Shown here: piece after piece, positions 48,700 to 59,285 of the stretch
How the letters are laid out: each line of letters begins with the position of its first letter
Position numbering within the stretch: the stretch's first letter is position 1
DNA from: Candidatus Poribacteria bacterium
GTDB lineage: Bacteria; Poribacteria; WGA-4E; PCPOR2b
DNA: 64,000 nt
NCBI GenBank assembly: GCA_965215015.1
Contig: OZ244042.1
Coordinates: 4,512,001-4,576,000 of the forward strand
Reading direction: 5' to 3'
The notes under the pieces: model-generated
Seen by the model: the letters and a program-made list of their open reading frames with translations, nothing else
Told to the model about the DNA's origin: nothing
The model's database searches: none
Position numbers and translations under genes: made by a program

Positions 48700-49974
48700 A
48701 TGTCCAATTCGATTTTGCAGGAGACAGCTGCACACAGTAATGTGGGTAAAAATATCGTTTTGCTGTCAGACCATGGTTGTGGTCGTGCTACCGCATACTC
48801 CGATGCCAACAAAATAATCACACTTCAGAACAAGACGCACGTGGCATGGCTTGACTCAATCGCTGAGGGCTTTCGGGTGCGCTCCCGGACGCTGGACCGA
48901 AAGACGAACCGATGGACCCCAACATATACCGTCGGAGAAGCGTACGATAACCACGGCGGCCCTGCGTTGACGGTAGACAGTTTGGGATATCTTCACATCG
49001 TTTATTACCCGCACCATCACCCCTTCAGATACCGACGTTCGGTACGTCCAAACGACGCGTCCGAGTGGGGGGACGAAATCGAGTTTGGTGAACGATGTAC
49101 TTATCCCACCATGGTCTGCGGATCGGATGACACCCTCTACCTAACAGGTCGAGAAAATCGAGGGGATCGACCGTGGTATGTGAACCTTTACATCAAACCG
49201 CCCAATGCACCTTGGCAGGAACCTATCCCCCTTTTCCAAGACGATAAGGGCGGGTATGTTCGCTTTCAGCAAGCGTTGGCATGGGGTCAAGACCATCGGA
49301 CGTTGCATCTAACCCTGTGGATTTTCGATGAGAATCGGGCGTATACCGTTGGTTATCTCCGTAGTCCTGACAGTGGCAGAACGTGGGAACGGGTTGATGG
49401 CACACCGGTTTTACTTCCCGCCACACGCGAGACAGTCACGCTCATTGACACCCAACATAGGGATTTGCGTTTCGGCTCTATTGCTGTTGATCAGGAGAGC
49501 ACCCCTTGTGTCCTCTACAGCACCTGTCCTTCCTTTTCCTTACCGTCCCATGCGTGGGTTGTACGGCTGGATGGGACTGGTAAGTGGTGCCGTCGCTCAC
49601 TCGCCGCTGAACTTCCCAAGGAATGGAAGGGTTGGAGTCTCGCTATGGATGGTGCCCTCCACATCGCTCCGGATGGTCGGATTTTCATCGTACTGGCCTT
49701 GATGAAACCTGAAACTGTCAGTGAGGCAAACTGGGGACATAAAAGTGCCGAAATCATTGGGCTGCAAGCCTCAGACATCAATGAAAAATTTACCGTTGAA
49801 CTACTCTCCAAACCCGATATGGCGGTTCCACATTGGCTTCCGAACCTGGAGCGTCCAACAGGGCACAACCACGTTGACGTCCCCAGCGTAATGTATACCG
49901 CCGGCGTTGCAGGTGAGGGGTGTGACGACATTCTTTCCAACAGTGTTTATTGGACGGAAATGCAACCACAGTGA
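48700..49974 (+). CDS. BNR-4 repeat protein
   Basis: DNHGGPAL..D..GYLH, TYP, SPDSGRTW Asp-box. Confidence 0.8.
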   Translation: MSNSILQETAAHSNVGKNIVLLSDHGCGRATAYSDANKIITLQNKTHVAWLDSIAEGFRVRSRTLDRKTNRWTPTYTVGEAYDNHGGPALTVDSLGYLHIVYYPHHHPFRYRRSVRPNDASEWGDEIEFGERCTYPTMVCGSDDTLYLTGRENRGDRPWYVNLYIKPPNAPWQEPIPLFQDDKGGYVRFQQALAWGQDHRTLHLTLWIFDENRAYTVGYLRSPDSGRTWERVDGTPVLLPATRETVTLIDTQHRDLRFGSIAVDQESTPCVLYSTCPSFSLPSHAWVVRLDGTGKWCRRSLAAELPKEWKGWSLAMDGALHIAPDGRIFIVLALMKPETVSEANWGHKSAEIIGLQASDINEKFTVELLSKPDMAVPHWLPNLERPTGHNHVDVPSVMYTAGVAGEGCDDILSNSVYWTEMQPQ

Positions 49975-50101
49975 TGGTCTGTTTTTTTACGTTTTCGTAG
50001 GAAAGATCTCCCCTTGAAAAGAGCAGGTTAGGCGGAGCAGTGGAGATTATGGAGGCTCCTTAATTGATTAAATCAAGGCAGGTGATAGTAGGAAATTTAC
50101 G

Positions 50102-51298
50102 GTGCACAAAAGCGGTCAAAAAAGTATCTATCGGATATTAACCCCCATTCTGTTTCTCGCTGGGATTCTCTTTTTCACGTTTCTTTCGCGTGTTGTCTTT
50201 TCACCGCTGCTGGTGCAAATTGAGGAAGAGCTCCACCTGTCCCATGCGAAATCGGGAAGTCTGTTTCTCCTCATCTCTATCGGATTTGCTCCGGTGATGC
50301 TGGGGTCAGGTTTCGTCTCCCAAAGGCTTACACATCGCGGGACAATCCTGCTTTCCTCAATAACGTGTGGGGTGGCAGTCCTGATAATCGCTTTCAGCCG
50401 TTCGCTAATCGGCATTCAAATCGGCATGACGGTGCTCGGCATGGGTTCGGGGCTCTATTTTCCGTCAGCGATGGCGACGATGACCCGTCTGGTAGATCCC
50501 GAGCATTGGGGGAAAGCGATTTCGCTACATGAAGCTGGACCAACGATGGGATTTGTCCTTGCACCTATCATCGCCGAATTGGGTTTAAGTTTTACCTCGT
50601 GGCGGGGTGTCCTGATCATTGTCGGTGTTGCAGGCTTAATGATGACCGCGATATTTGCACTGTTTGGGCAGGGCGGCAGATTTGCCGGTGAACCGCCGCG
50701 CTTGGATAACGTCGGACGAATCTTTTATCAACCCTCATTTTGGATTATCGCTATCTTGATGAGTCTGGCTTGCGGGGCAAGTGTTGGGGTTTACTCAATC
50801 CTTCCGGTCTATCTTATCAGTGAACGGGGGCTAGACCAGGGGCTGGTGAATACCCTCGTAGGGCTCTCGCGGCTATCCGGGCTTGTGACTCTTTTTCTTG
50901 CCGGCGGGTTGGCGGATCATTTTGGAGCAAAGCGGGTCATGGGAGGCATTTATGCTGCGACTGCTATTCTAACGGGCCTGCTGGGCTTCGGTCAAAATGT
51001 CATTCTAGTGATTGTGGTATTTTTCCAACCGGCGGTCGTTGCCGCTTTTTTTCCGGTGGCGTTGTTGGGGTTGGCAAACGTTGGACCGCCCCGCACCCGA
51101 AACGTTGCCGTCTCGCTGATGATCCCCTTGGTTTACCTGTTTGGCGGTGGGGTCGTCCCCGCTGGCATGGGGGTGATCGGGGAATACTACGGATTTGCGC
51201 TGGGTTTCCTTTTGATGGGAGGACTGCTGTTAGTTAGTTTATGTTTCCTGCTGTTTTTACGATCCCGACCGGATCCGAAGCCTGACCCCAACAGATAG
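50102..51298 (+). CDS. MFS transporter
   Basis: About 12 TM segments; GGLADHFGAK. Confidence 0.85.
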   Translation: MHKSGQKSIYRILTPILFLAGILFFTFLSRVVFSPLLVQIEEELHLSHAKSGSLFLLISIGFAPVMLGSGFVSQRLTHRGTILLSSITCGVAVLIIAFSRSLIGIQIGMTVLGMGSGLYFPSAMATMTRLVDPEHWGKAISLHEAGPTMGFVLAPIIAELGLSFTSWRGVLIIVGVAGLMMTAIFALFGQGGRFAGEPPRLDNVGRIFYQPSFWIIAILMSLACGASVGVYSILPVYLISERGLDQGLVNTLVGLSRLSGLVTLFLAGGLADHFGAKRVMGGIYAATAILTGLLGFGQNVILVIVVFFQPAVVAAFFPVALLGLANVGPPRTRNVAVSLMIPLVYLFGGGVVPAGMGVIGEYYGFALGFLLMGGLLLVSLCFLLFLRSRPDPKPDPNR

Positions 51299-51352
51299 AG
51301 AAAGTGTCCCCGGCACCTTGGATACAAGCATATTCAACATGAGGTAAAAACA

Positions 51353-52480
51353 ATGAAAATTCGAGATGTTCAAGCCTTTCCACTCGCATATCCAGAGCCT
51401 CACTACAAAGGCATTGAACGATATATCACCCTTGCCCGCGTGGAAACCGAAGATGGCGTGATCGGCTGGGGGGAATGTATTTCACAGTTCCGAGAGGCGG
51501 CGTTGGCTACCAAGGTTATTATCGAACAGGGACTTGCGCCGTTGCTTGTCGGTGAGGATGCGATAGATGTTGACCGACTCTGGCACAAAATGCAGTCTCG
51601 TATCTGGTGGTATGGGCCTGAAGGGATTGCTGCCTTTGGTGTGAGTGCCTTGGACATGGCACTTTGGGATATAAAAGGAAAAGCACTGGGCTTGCCCGTT
51701 TGCCGATTGCTCGGAGGGCAGCTGTACGACAAGGTCGTCGCTATGGCGTCCTTTATCTTTGACATGGAAGATTTTGACTGGACGCTCAACGAATTTCGTT
51801 TTCTCCGCGAGGAGGGCTATCAGGTTGTCAAAGCGGGTTGGGGTATGCGGCCCGAAGCACTCTTCGGTCAAAACCGGCAGCGCGATATCGAAATTGTCCG
51901 ACGGGTGCGGGAGGTTATCGGCGATGACTTGGAACTAATTGTTGACACACCCGGGCATCACGGACTCTGGGATGTCCCCACGGCGATTCAGCGTTTTCGA
52001 GACTTGGAGCCGTATCGACTCCGATGGATCGAGCAACCCCTCCCGCCTCACGACCTTGAAGGACATGCACGGCTCCGGGCCGCGGTCGCTACCCCCATCG
52101 GTACGGGTGAGGATGAGTGGAATGTCGACAGTTACCGGCGGCTCATTCAATCGGGAGGTATTGATGTAGTGCAGATAGATCCCGGTCGTTGCCACGGCAT
52201 CACAGGATCGCTCCATGTTATTAAACTGATTGAGGCAGAAAGTCTGGAGTTCAGTTTTCACACCTGGAGCAGTGCCCTCAATACCGCTGCCAGTCTACAC
52301 CTGCTCGCCGGGTCAACACATGGTGTAGCGATGGATTTCAAGCCGCACGAGTCGCCGATGCAACACGAACTGGTCAGCGATCCGTGGGTTCAAGAGGATG
52401 GTTATCTCGCCGTGCGGGAAACCCCCGGCTTGGGGGTTCAGGTGCGGGAAGATATTGTACAGAAATATTTATTTCGCTAA
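51353..52480 (+). CDS. Mandelate racemase/muconate lactonizing enzyme family protein
   Basis: ALDMALWDIKGKALGLPV, WIEQP, GED. Confidence 0.92.
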   Translation: MKIRDVQAFPLAYPEPHYKGIERYITLARVETEDGVIGWGECISQFREAALATKVIIEQGLAPLLVGEDAIDVDRLWHKMQSRIWWYGPEGIAAFGVSALDMALWDIKGKALGLPVCRLLGGQLYDKVVAMASFIFDMEDFDWTLNEFRFLREEGYQVVKAGWGMRPEALFGQNRQRDIEIVRRVREVIGDDLELIVDTPGHHGLWDVPTAIQRFRDLEPYRLRWIEQPLPPHDLEGHARLRAAVATPIGTGEDEWNVDSYRRLIQSGGIDVVQIDPGRCHGITGSLHVIKLIEAESLEFSFHTWSSALNTAASLHLLAGSTHGVAMDFKPHESPMQHELVSDPWVQEDGYLAVRETPGLGVQVREDIVQKYLFR

Positions 52481-52492
52481 GAGCATTTGCAG

Positions 52493-53452
52493 ATGGGTTC
52501 ATATGTCGTTGGGATTGACATCGGTGGGACAAAACTGGCCACTGTTGTCGCTAATAAAAATGGAAACATCCTTCAAAAGGTGCGGAAGCCGACCGAATCA
52601 GAGAAAGGGCCTCATCATGCTGTCCAGCTGCTTTTAGAGATGGTTGATGAGGTGATCGATTTGGCAGGATTGCGGCGCGAAGACATCTCAGGGATTGGTG
52701 TGAGCTGCGGCGGCCCGCTCGACACGAAAACCGGCATTATCTATTCTCCACCAAATCTGCCGGGGTGGGATGCGCTGCCGTTGAAAGGGATGATCGAGTC
52801 GGAGTTTCATATTCCAACGGTCATTGAGAATGATGCAAATGCAAGCGCACTCGCAGAAGCGAGATTTGGGGGCGGACGGGGCTACGATTATGTTCTGTAC
52901 ATGACAATGAGTACAGGCATCGGCGGCGGTATCGTTACCAATGGGGAGATTTATCACGGTGCAAATGACAGTGCCGGCGAGGTCGGGCATCAGATCTTGC
53001 TTCCCGACGGTCCCCTGTGTGGTTGTGGTCAATATGGGTGCCTAGAAGCCTTGTGCTCAGGGCCTTCGATTGCCCGTCGCGCACAAGAGGCAATTGCAGA
53101 TCAACCGCACACGAGAATCTTGGCACTCGTGGACGGACAGATTGATCGTGTCAGATCGGAGCATGTGCTCCACGCTGCACGGGCTGGTGATGCCTTGGCA
53201 ATGGCTTTAGTGGAGGAAACTGCGTACTACATGGGTTGGGGGATCGCGAATCTTGTCAATATCTTGAACCCCCAAATCGTTCTGCTTGGAACAATTGCGG
53301 TCGCTGCCGGCGATTTGCTACTCGACCCGATCCGACGCACCGTGACGGAAATGGCGATGCAGCGTCCCTTAGAAGCGGTTAAAATTATGCCGGCAGAATT
53401 AGGGGATTCCATCGGTGACCTTGCCGCAATTTCGTTGGTGATTGGGAATTAG
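52493..53452 (+). CDS. ROK family sugar kinase
   Basis: GIDIGGTK, ENDAN, GEVGH, CGCG..GCLE. Confidence 0.92.
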   Translation: MGSYVVGIDIGGTKLATVVANKNGNILQKVRKPTESEKGPHHAVQLLLEMVDEVIDLAGLRREDISGIGVSCGGPLDTKTGIIYSPPNLPGWDALPLKGMIESEFHIPTVIENDANASALAEARFGGGRGYDYVLYMTMSTGIGGGIVTNGEIYHGANDSAGEVGHQILLPDGPLCGCGQYGCLEALCSGPSIARRAQEAIADQPHTRILALVDGQIDRVRSEHVLHAARAGDALAMALVEETAYYMGWGIANLVNILNPQIVLLGTIAVAAGDLLLDPIRRTVTEMAMQRPLEAVKIMPAELGDSIGDLAAISLVIGN

Positions 53453-53514
53453 GACCGTAAAAACGAGGGTTCAACTGCGTAAGTCCAACTACAATTAAAA
53501 TTTGGAGATAATTC

Positions 53515-54075
53515 ATGGAACGTATCCAAGAATATATTTCAAATCTACAGGGCGTCTTAGAACGCCTCTCTTTAGCCGATGTTCGTCAATCCATTAATCT
53601 CGTGATGGAAACATATCAGGCGGATCGGCAAATTTTCGTCATCGGCAACGGCGGCAGTGCGTCTACCGCGTCGCACATTGCCAACGACTTGGGTAAAGGC
53701 GCGAGCGTTCCCGGGGCACGCCGCTTCCGAGCGATTAGCTTGACCGATAATGTTGCGACAATGACAGCGTGGGCCAATGATGTCTCTTATGACGATGTGT
53801 TTGTCGAACAACTCAAAAACTTGATCAACCCCGGTGATCTCGTGATTGGGATCAGCGCAAGTGGCAACTCGGAGAATATTATTCGAGCGATTCGTCATGC
53901 CAACGCTATCGGATGTAAAACCATCGGTTGGGCAGGGTTCGGCGGTGGAAAGCTCCGAGAGATCGCGGATGTCAGTGTAGTTGTAGACAGCCACGACTAC
54001 GGACCGGTTGAAGATGTGCACCTCATCCTCAACCACATCCTTCATGCGTGGATTCGGAAAGAGCTCGCGGATTGA
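53515..54075 (+). CDS. SIS-domain phosphosugar isomerase (GmhA-like)
   Basis: GNGGSAS.ASH, AWAND, ISASGNS, EDVH. Confidence 0.88.
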   Translation: MERIQEYISNLQGVLERLSLADVRQSINLVMETYQADRQIFVIGNGGSASTASHIANDLGKGASVPGARRFRAISLTDNVATMTAWANDVSYDDVFVEQLKNLINPGDLVIGISASGNSENIIRAIRHANAIGCKTIGWAGFGGGKLREIADVSVVVDSHDYGPVEDVHLILNHILHAWIRKELAD

Positions 54076-54134
54076 GAATTGAGGCATAATCTGTTTCTGA
54101 TCAAGGTAACGTAAAAGTGCAAAGGAGGAAGACC

Positions 54135-55034
54135 ATGGAATATCGCAGGCTTGGGCGTACAGAATTGGAGGTGTCAGAGCTCGGTTTCGGCGCATGGCAC
54201 ATCGGCTGGACAGCCCCGGAGGCAGGGGATGAAGTCGGACGTCTCCTCAACCGTGCCCTCGACGCTGGCGTCAATTTTATTGATTCTTCAGCGGCATATC
54301 GCTGGAGCGAGGAACTGATTGCCAAGTACATCGGCCATCGTCAAGACGAATTTTATTTCGCCACCAAATGTGGTTCGTGGCGCGTGCAGCAGCCTGATGG
54401 TGAATGGGTGCAAACGCTAGATTACTCCGCCAAAGCCATTGAGCCACAGATTGACCGGAGTCTACAGCGACTGAAAACCGACTGCATTGACATCATGCAA
54501 CTGCATAGTCCTAGCTATGATGATGTGGCATTTGGAGATGGGCTGGAAGGACTCAAGAAGGCACAGGCAGCGGGGAAGGTGCGCTTTATCGGTCTATCGG
54601 CGGACGGAGATACCGCGCGCAAGGCAATTGAGATGGGTGAATACGATACGCTGCAGCTTACCTACAATGTGATTCAGCAGGAACCCGCGGAAGTCATTGC
54701 TGCCGCCCGCGAGAAAGACAGGGGCATCATCATTAAGGGGCCCATTGCAAGTGCTATTTACGAACAGTCGCACCCCAATGAAAATAATGCCAAGACGTGG
54801 TATAACGCCCGGAAGATTCTTGCCCCGGAGGTGATAGGTGATCTATCCCGTGTGGAGGCTTCGCTGCGATGGTTGCTGTGCAATCCAGATGTTCACACCG
54901 CCATCGTCGGCACCACCAACATCAATCACTTTGAAGACAACCTCGCCGCTACAGAACGTGGTCGGTTGCCTGACGAGATGTTATCCGAAATCAGAAGTCG
55001 ATTTGAACAGGGGACAACAGACAGTACTGAATAG
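54135..55034 (+). CDS. Aldo/keto reductase
   Basis: LGFGAW, DSSAAY, SLQRLKTDCID, GKVRFIGLS. Confidence 0.92.
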   Translation: MEYRRLGRTELEVSELGFGAWHIGWTAPEAGDEVGRLLNRALDAGVNFIDSSAAYRWSEELIAKYIGHRQDEFYFATKCGSWRVQQPDGEWVQTLDYSAKAIEPQIDRSLQRLKTDCIDIMQLHSPSYDDVAFGDGLEGLKKAQAAGKVRFIGLSADGDTARKAIEMGEYDTLQLTYNVIQQEPAEVIAAAREKDRGIIIKGPIASAIYEQSHPNENNAKTWYNARKILAPEVIGDLSRVEASLRWLLCNPDVHTAIVGTTNINHFEDNLAATERGRLPDEMLSEIRSRFEQGTTDSTE

Positions 55035-55066
55035 GGATTGTCGTGCATTCGGAACTTAAAGAAAGG

Positions 55067-55118
55067 AACGCAAGGACGCAAAGAAGAAAAATAAATAAAA
55101 ACCTTGCGCCTTTGCGTT
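55067..55118. repeat. CGCAAAG/CTTTGCG inverted repeat (REP-like or terminator)
   Basis: AACGCAAGGACGCAAAG...CCTTGCGCCTTTGCGTT. Confidence 0.55.
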
Positions 55119-55129
55119 GAGCTAAAAAT

Positions 55130-55993
55130 ATGCTACGATATGTTTTTGCCGTGATATTTTTTGTATTTGCAGCGTCTATTTCGGAAGGCTTGGAGGTCGG
55201 CGACAGTGCCTTACGGACCACTATTGCGTCCGGTGATAAGGAGATTAAATTCGCTGATTTTCATGGGAAATCTAATCTCATCGTTGTGCACGATGGGACA
55301 AGGCACTCAGAATTTATCTCTCAATTGGATCAGAGAGCGAGTGCATTCGAGAGCACGTATGATGCGACCATTATCCGTTTACAGGGAGAAGGTGAAATTC
55401 TCATCATCGACAAATCGGGATATGTGCGTTGGAAATTTACCGACGCCGCTGATTCGGCACAACCCATAATTAGACAGATCAAATCCGAGCTGGCAAAACT
55501 TAAACGCGATACCCCTCTGCCAATTGGTTCACCGGCACCGGACTTCCGACTGGTAGATGTGGAAACTGGCATCCCTTTCAGCCTTTCCAACTACAAAGGG
55601 AAAAAGCACCTACTGGTTACGCTATTGCTGCAAACCTACTGACCGCATTGTGCCAATTTCACGTCGCAGTTCGCGACAAATCGCCAATTATTTGATGAGA
55701 AGTATGAAACCGCTGTTGTTGCTATCAAACCCGAACCGAAGCCGGTTGTTTTTCGCTTCAAAGATCCGGTGACAATGGACCTACCACTGCTAGCAGATCC
55801 CGGCTCCTCCATTCACGAAGCGTACGGAATCGTTAAACCGTACCGTTTTCACAACCGAGATATGTATCTGCCGGCAACGCTTCTCATTGATAAACAGGGC
55901 GTTTTGAGATGGATGTATATTAGCAAGAAAAACGCTGATCGTCCCAGTTTGGATTCAATCGTTGAACAACTCGAAAAATTGAACGCTGAATGA
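55130..55993 (+). CDS. Selenocysteine-containing AhpC/TSA redoxin (UPHC), in-frame TGA at 55640-55642
   Basis: ORFs 55130-55642 and 55769-55993 are in one frame with no other stop; APDFRL...TY-U-PHC...LLAD...PATLLIDKQG. Confidence 0.85.
55656..55681 (+). promoter_or_regulatory. Putative bacterial SECIS hairpin
   Basis: ATTT-cac-GTCGC-AGTTC-GCGAC-AAAT starting 13 nt after the TGA. Confidence 0.6.
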
Positions 55994-56009
55994 ACTGTAG
56001 GAGTATACC

Positions 56010-57257
56010 ATGACCTCAAAAGATTTTACCGTCAAAGACATAGAACGGATTGTGCTAAATATCTCTTTCCACCCACGTTGTGCCCACGTTAAAGAGGTAA
56101 GGGTTTCCGACTGGTCGGTCGTGGAATTGTGCAAAGTGACTACGGCTTCGGGAGTCGTTGGAATCGGGGAGACACTTCCGCACTATACTTGGGGCCGATC
56201 GGGAGATGAGCAGTTTAATCGGGCACTTGATCAAAACCTCTTTGAACTTCTCATGGACGATAGTCTAGGTGCTGGACTACAGATGGCACTATTCGATGCC
56301 GCCGGCAAATTACTGGATGTGCCGTGCCATCGCCTGATGGGAGCACAGTATCGCGAAACCTGTCCAGTGTCTTGGTGGGCACAAGATATGAAACCCGAAG
56401 AGTGGGCAGCGGAGGCAAAAACGGCGGAGGCACACGGTTTTACAAATATCAAAGTGAAAGCGCGTCCGTGGTTCGACATTGACCAACAGTTAGGGGCAGT
56501 CTGTGAAGGGGTATCACCCCACTTTAAGCTGGACGCAGACTTCAATGGGTTGCTGTTGGGAGTAGATTTGGCTGCACCGTTAATCAACCGTTTGGAACAA
56601 AAATACAGCAATTTGGCAATTGTGGAATCCCCTATTCCTCAAGAAGATGTGGCCGGAAATGCGCTGTTACGACAGAAAATCCGGACCCCGATTGCTATGC
56701 ACATGGGAAACCCGCCGGTGATGACCGCAATTCGGGAAGGTGTATGCGATGGATTTGTCATCGGTGGAGGGGTCAACCGCACCCTGAAGGATGGCATTCT
56801 AGCAGAACGGGCTCAGATGCCGTTCTGGTTGCAGATGGTGGGAACAGGCTTGACCACAATGTTCTCCGTCCACTTGGGAGCTGTGTTGGAGAGTGCACGT
56901 TGGCCCGCCATTCCGTGTATCAACATTTATTCACATACATTGCTCAAGGAATTTAAGGTGGAGGGTGGACATGTTAAAGTTCCGGAAGGGCCGGGACTGG
57001 GTGTCGAACTTGACTGGGATGCGATCGAGCAGTTCCGCGTTGAACCCGATTTCAAGAAGCCAGTTGCACGTCAAATCCACACCATTCTATGGCCCGATGG
57101 TCGACAAACGCACTATCCGGATGGTGGGTATCGAGCGGTTTTCCTAGCGGGCAAACTTCCGCCGTTTCTACCGGGTGTTTCCTTAGAACGCCGCTTGGAC
57201 GACGGTTCGGAGGCGTTTGATCGGGAATATCAGGAACTATTTCCCAAAGTGAGTTGA
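56010..57257 (+). CDS. Enolase superfamily (mandelate racemase/MLE-like) protein
   Basis: QMALFDAAGK, KVK, DADFN, VESP, PEGPGLGVELD. Confidence 0.85.
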   Translation: MTSKDFTVKDIERIVLNISFHPRCAHVKEVRVSDWSVVELCKVTTASGVVGIGETLPHYTWGRSGDEQFNRALDQNLFELLMDDSLGAGLQMALFDAAGKLLDVPCHRLMGAQYRETCPVSWWAQDMKPEEWAAEAKTAEAHGFTNIKVKARPWFDIDQQLGAVCEGVSPHFKLDADFNGLLLGVDLAAPLINRLEQKYSNLAIVESPIPQEDVAGNALLRQKIRTPIAMHMGNPPVMTAIREGVCDGFVIGGGVNRTLKDGILAERAQMPFWLQMVGTGLTTMFSVHLGAVLESARWPAIPCINIYSHTLLKEFKVEGGHVKVPEGPGLGVELDWDAIEQFRVEPDFKKPVARQIHTILWPDGRQTHYPDGGYRAVFLAGKLPPFLPGVSLERRLDDGSEAFDREYQELFPKVS

Positions 57258-57297
57258 CGCTATCTGATTCACCGTCTTTAGCCAAAGGAGCAGCGCG

Positions 57298-58488
57298 ATG
57301 AACTCTTTAGATACGACAGTAGCTTCCTTCACGATTCCACCAACTGTTATCAGCGGCATCGGAGCGGCGGAGCAGGTCGGCGAGAGGGCGAAACGATTGG
57401 GAGGACAGAAAGCGTTGGTCGTCACCGATCCGGGCATCGCCAAACTCGGTTACGCCGCTGGGATTGTAAGTCAGCTTAACGCCGCTGGGATTGACGCATC
57501 GGTTTTCGAGGATGTGACGCCCGATCCAACGCTGCAAAACGTCAACGACGGCTGGGAACAATACCGTAGCAATGGTTGCAATCTGATTGTCAGTATCGGC
57601 GGCGGTAGCGCGATCGATTGCGGGAAGGGCATCGCCGTGAAATTAACCAACGACGCCCCACTCGCAGAGTACATGGGTGTGGACAAAATTCCCAATCCGG
57701 GTGTACCGCTCATCGCTATCCCAACGACAGCCGGAACAGGCAGCGAGTGTACGAAAGTTACAGTGCTCACCGACACCGAAAACAATGTGAAGATGATGCT
57801 CAGCAGTCCGTGTCTGCTAGCGCAGGTCGCGCTTATCGATCCGTTGTTGTCGTTGACAACACCACCACATCTAACTGCGGCGGTTGGGGTTGACGCTCTG
57901 ACCCATGCTATTGAAGCCTACATCTCCAAACGGGCTCAACCGATTACTGACGCACTATCACTGAAGGCAATCCGTCTAATCTCAGGTTCAATGCGTCAAG
58001 CGTGGGCAAATAGTGAAAACATTGAGGCGCGGACGGATATGATGATTGGGGCATCCATTGCCGGTATGGCGTTTAGCAATTCATCCGTTGCGTTGGTGCA
58101 CGGGATGTCCCGCCCAATCGGGGCATATTTTCACATCCATCACGGCTTATCAAATTCCGTTTTGCTGCTGGATGTCATGGAGTTCAGCGTTGTTGGAACC
58201 CCTGCTCGCTTCGCCGATATCGCTCGCGCAATGGGTGAACCGACTGAGGGGTTATCGTTGATGGGGCAGGCAGACTGCGCGATTGCAGCGGTGGAGCGGC
58301 TAATTAACGATATTCAGATGCCGCGCTTGGGAGAGATTGGAATCGATCTGGACCAGTTCGAGGCGGTTGTTGATCAGATGGCATCGGACGCCATTGCGAG
58401 CGGTAGTCCTGCCAACAACCCACGCCAGCCAACACACGAAGAGATTGTCGCGCTGTATCGGAAGTGCTTTGCAGAACGGAAGGCATAA
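57298..58488 (+). CDS. Iron-containing alcohol dehydrogenase
   Basis: GGGSAIDCGK, PTTAGTGSE, DALTHAIE, HG...HG. Confidence 0.93.
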   Translation: MNSLDTTVASFTIPPTVISGIGAAEQVGERAKRLGGQKALVVTDPGIAKLGYAAGIVSQLNAAGIDASVFEDVTPDPTLQNVNDGWEQYRSNGCNLIVSIGGGSAIDCGKGIAVKLTNDAPLAEYMGVDKIPNPGVPLIAIPTTAGTGSECTKVTVLTDTENNVKMMLSSPCLLAQVALIDPLLSLTTPPHLTAAVGVDALTHAIEAYISKRAQPITDALSLKAIRLISGSMRQAWANSENIEARTDMMIGASIAGMAFSNSSVALVHGMSRPIGAYFHIHHGLSNSVLLLDVMEFSVVGTPARFADIARAMGEPTEGLSLMGQADCAIAAVERLINDIQMPRLGEIGIDLDQFEAVVDQMASDAIASGSPANNPRQPTHEEIVALYRKCFAERKA

Positions 58489-58510
58489 TCCCCTTTGCCA
58501 AGTTACGCCC

Positions 58511-59269
58511 TCAAACCGCTAAGATAAATCGTTTTGCCTCACTGAGTCGAGCGTGTGTTTCTGGGTGGATAAATTTGCGTTGGTCTGTCAGCTGTTTTTG
58601 ATCCCGACGGCAGTAATAGGCAAGCATTCCGTGGCGCGGGGAGTCAGTTTGATTCAATCCACCTGCGTGCCAGAGATGCGAATTGAAGATAATGACAGTG
58701 CCCGACGGTGCTATCAATTGAATCTCCCCCGGGTGTTTTTGTGTTGCATCCTCCAACGCATCCTTGGGGTGTTTACCGCTACGATGTGATCCCGGCACAA
58801 CCCGCGTCGCGCCGTTCTCCACCGTGAAATCGTCTAGTAACCACATGGAGTTGCAAACGTAGTAATCCCCCGGCTCCACCCCCGAACGCCAGTCTGCGTG
58901 AAACGCTTGGTGCCCCTGTCCCGGCAGTGCCATCCGGCAATCTAGAGAAGACAGCTTGAACCGAGGGCCTATGACATGCCGTATGGCGGCAAGCACACGC
59001 GGGTGTGAAAAGCCTATCTCGAACATCGGACCTTTATTGACGAGGTTGCTTACCCTGATTGTCCCCCCTTCCTGATGGAGCTCCTTGCCGGCATCCTCTC
59101 CTTCCAATGCTGCCAATTTGTCCAACCGGCGAATTATGTTCGCAATCTGTTTTGGAGTGAGAATATTCTCAAGCGGAAGATAGCCGTTTACGTCCAAGAA
59201 GTGCTTATCTTCTGATGATAGCGTATCGTCTCGAACACCGAGGTCGCGTAGAGCTGTGTCCATGTTCAT
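58511..59269 (-). CDS. Phytanoyl-CoA dioxygenase (PhyH) family protein
   Basis: FHAD, NGATRVVPGSH, LWHAG; start set at MNMDT behind a GGAGAG RBS. Confidence 0.9.
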   Translation of the reverse strand: MNMDTALRDLGVRDDTLSSEDKHFLDVNGYLPLENILTPKQIANIIRRLDKLAALEGEDAGKELHQEGGTIRVSNLVNKGPMFEIGFSHPRVLAAIRHVIGPRFKLSSLDCRMALPGQGHQAFHADWRSGVEPGDYYVCNSMWLLDDFTVENGATRVVPGSHRSGKHPKDALEDATQKHPGEIQLIAPSGTVIIFNSHLWHAGGLNQTDSPRHGMLAYYCRRDQKQLTDQRKFIHPETHARLSEAKRFILAV

Positions 59270-59285
59270 TGTCAATCTCTCCGGT

